Source: Spirogloea muscicola
Lineage: Eukaryota
Direction of reading: 5' to 3'
Assembly (NCBI GenBank): GCA_009602725.1
Contig: WELB01000013.1
Span: 321,378-345,600, forward strand
Length of the DNA: 24,223 nt
The notes under the pieces are model-generated. The model had not been told where the DNA came from. It saw nothing but the letters and a program-made list of their open reading frames with translations, and did no database searches. The translations under genes were made by a program, and so were the position numbers. Of the stretch, positions 21,700 to 24,223 are shown in pieces; position 1 is the first letter of the stretch, and each line of letters begins with the position of its first letter.

Positions 21700-21955
21700 C
21701 CTTTCATACCTCTGCATGCTGTAGTTGCCTAATCAAGTGATTGGCAGCTTGATGACGTACATTCCATTAATTGATTATGGTGAGGTCAAGCAGGCACGCA
21801 TTCCAGGTCAACCGATGGGCATCTTGGCAAGTGCTGGGTGCATTGTTCACTATACCTATAAGCTTCAGCTTCTAATGCAGCCTGCTGAAGAACCCATGTA
21901 GACCATAAAAAAGCGGAGCAAGGCCAGTAACAACACAAGAAGTCCTCAAATAGGG

Positions 21956-24223
21956 TCAACTTCTAATGGCAGCATACCCGCCAGCTTCTAACTCCCTAGC
22001 TAATGATTTGTCGCCAGTCTTCACTATCCTCCCGCCCTCCTGGAGGTACACACTGACACTTACAATCACTGCCAAATCACCTGTTCTGAGGACTCGCAGA
22101 GTGCCATCGCTACTTCTGACATGGCATTCTTTGGACACATAACACGAGGTCATGAGACTTTCACGACATTACCAATCAGGGCAATCCGGAATGTGAAAGA
22201 CTTCTCGTAGTATTCAGATACTAGGGAGCCAGAGAAAGCAGCAGGTGGACATGCTCTGAGAAGGAATGGCCAATGCTCACCATGATGTGCACAAAATTGG
22301 GCGTGATGTAATCAAGCAACCGTTGATAGTGTGTGATCATCAACACAGCCTTCTCGGGCTTCTTGAGCCCATTCACAGCCCCGGCAACGTCCCTGAGGGC
22401 GTCAATGTCAAGACCAGAGTCAATCTCGTCGAGGATGGCCAGGTCGGCATCAAGGACCTGCACCAACGTATAGCTAACATTATTAGCGCCACTAGTACTC
22501 ACACCCATCAAGGGCAGTCACGGTTGACTCAATCTTTCGACCCGTGGTGCTGAATGTCAAGCACGTGAGACACCCCTATACCAGTGCTACGTACACGGAC
22601 ATGCTCAAAAGACCTTGGACCTTGAAACTTCTGCAGCTGTTCATCACTTACTCTGTCAGTCACTCAGTACCTAGAATAAGCAATTGCCTCCTGATAAGCA
22701 TGACCAATGTAGCCGGGAGCTGCTAGCTTCCTGAGAGCTGGAGGCCTGATTTGAGGTGATATGAAGCACAAGTCTACATCCAGCTCAGGAAACCATACCT
22801 AGGGGTAAAGCTACGAAGTGAGCTTGGTATTAAACAAGTAGTCAACAATCACCTTCTCCATCAAAGTGATAAAGGCCCTGCTTGCGATGTGGGACGATTT
22901 GGCAGTGACTTGCGAAATGGCAGCACTGCGTGGCTAGAATGGCAACTCACGGCCAATTGAAGTATCTCATTGCGCTTCTTCTCGCCCCCGCTGAAGCCCT
23001 CATTGACGTTCCGCGACAGGAAGCTGATGTCCATCTTCAGCTCGTCCAGCTTGGGCGTCAGGAATGCATAAAACTGGCCGGCAATGGAACAGCAAGCCAA
23101 TCAGCAAGCAGGCAGTGGGAGCCGGCTCAGCAGAGTGACTCCATAAGCTGTTGCTTGCCATGATTGACATGCTTGTGGCAAACGGCAACACTGAAGTAGA
23201 TACTGCATAGGGAACCGGACTGGGAGGGGTTCTGCCAGAGGCTTTGGAGGAGGGCTTCAAGATGGAATGGGGCCTGAGAGTCTCTTAGCACTCACAGAGT
23301 AAGAACCGTGACCAGATGCATCAAGAGCCCACAAGGCGGCGGCAACGGCAGCAGAGGCAGACAGCTGCGCACCTCCAGGGGGTCGAGCTCAGGCTGGCCG
23401 AGGGCGGCGCGGCGGGCGTTGGCGGCGAGGCGCAAGAAGTCGGTGTTGGACACGCCGGGGACCTCGACGGGCGACTGGAAGGAGAGGAAGAGGCCGGCGT
23501 GCGAGCGCTCCTCAGGCTCCAGCTCGAAGAGGTCGCGGCCCTTGTACAGCGCAGTGCCGCCTGTGACCTCGTAGTCCGGGTGGCCCACCAGCACCTGCGC
23601 CAAGGTGGCCATGGCCATGGCCAGGCCGTCCTACCACTGTGAGTATCGCCCGAAGCCCGTTCTGCCAGCAAGAGCAGCTCCGGCAGCACATTGCAGCTGC
23701 TCTACTGGGACCGGCCGAGGCCCGCAAGCGGCGAGTGCACCGGCGCGCCACCAGAGAGCGGCAGGCCGAGCGGCGCGCACCTTGGACAGGGTGCTCTTGC
23801 CGGACCCGTTCTTCCCCATGATCGCGTGAACCTGCCCACACAAGCGGCGGCACGTTAGATGCGTCCGGACAACGACGTCCAGAGCTGCTAACGCAACATC
23901 ACGTTGGCCTCAAACAAAGCCCCGTACAGTCGGTTGGGCGGGCTGCCGAACCCAGAAGGCTACGAGACGGCGTGCAGGCGCGCGGGGCCAGCACAGCCAA
24001 GCGCAGCGGCTGGCCGCCTGGAGGCTGACATTGCCACTATCCACACCATCTGGATGTAAACCCAGCAGCCCCCACCTCGCCCTCGCGGATGAGGAGGTCG
24101 ACGCCGGCCAGGATCTCGCGGCCCCCGTCGGCAATGGCCGCCGTCAGGCCCCGCACCTCCAGCAGCGGCGTCGCCGCCGCCGCCGCCGCCGTCTCCCCAG
24201 CCGGCGCTGCCGCCGCCGCGGCC
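21956..24223 (-). CDS. sufC: Plastid Fe-S cluster assembly ATPase SufC (ABCI6/NAP7); 5' end (start and transit peptide) lies beyond the window
   Basis: Minus exons: >24223-24076 ([31 protein letters not shown]), 23831-23781 ([17 protein letters not shown], Walker A), 23594-23373 ([28 protein letters not shown]), 23073-22951 ([21 protein letters not shown]), 22457-22281 ([27 protein letters not shown]), 22039-21956 ([27 protein letters not shown]). All introns GT-AG, phase 0. Confidence 0.97.

Noticed and set aside
23606..23623. Perfect 18-bp palindrome TGGCCATGGCCATGGCCA in a sufC intron
   Set aside because: Three copies of a self-complementary hexamer; simple slippage is a sufficient explanation.

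Overview
Eukaryotic, intron-rich DNA from the green-plant lineage. The plant-specific MSH7, a nuclear-encoded plastid SufC and GC-rich 5' exons suggest a streptophyte alga or early-diverging plant (inference). Most ORFs in the supplied track are fragments or shadows of four spliced genes, which I rebuilt by hand from GT-AG junctions with consistent phase. (1) A DUF2358/SnoaL + SOUL heme-binding protein, HBP5-like (+, 3124-6306), whose SOUL domain appears internally shortened. (2) A membrane-bound sensor histidine kinase (-, ~7850-11530, 5' end uncertain). (3) MSH7 mismatch-repair protein (+, 15527-21516, 15 exons, ~1081 aa). (4) Plastid SufC/ABCI6 (-, 21956 to beyond the window end). The main finding is the kinase: it has a bacterial-type NarX/PilJ-like extracytoplasmic sensor with an intact P-box-like arginine motif (VNEAGLQRMLCQQISK) between two TM helices, an intact HisKA/HATPase core and no visible receiver domain. 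It is a candidate nitrate/nitrite-sensing two-component receptor in a plant-lineage genome. Two intergenic intervals upstream of gene starts (2475-2910 and 12920-14370) share one modular, hairpin-containing repeat family, including a ~200-bp inverted pair.
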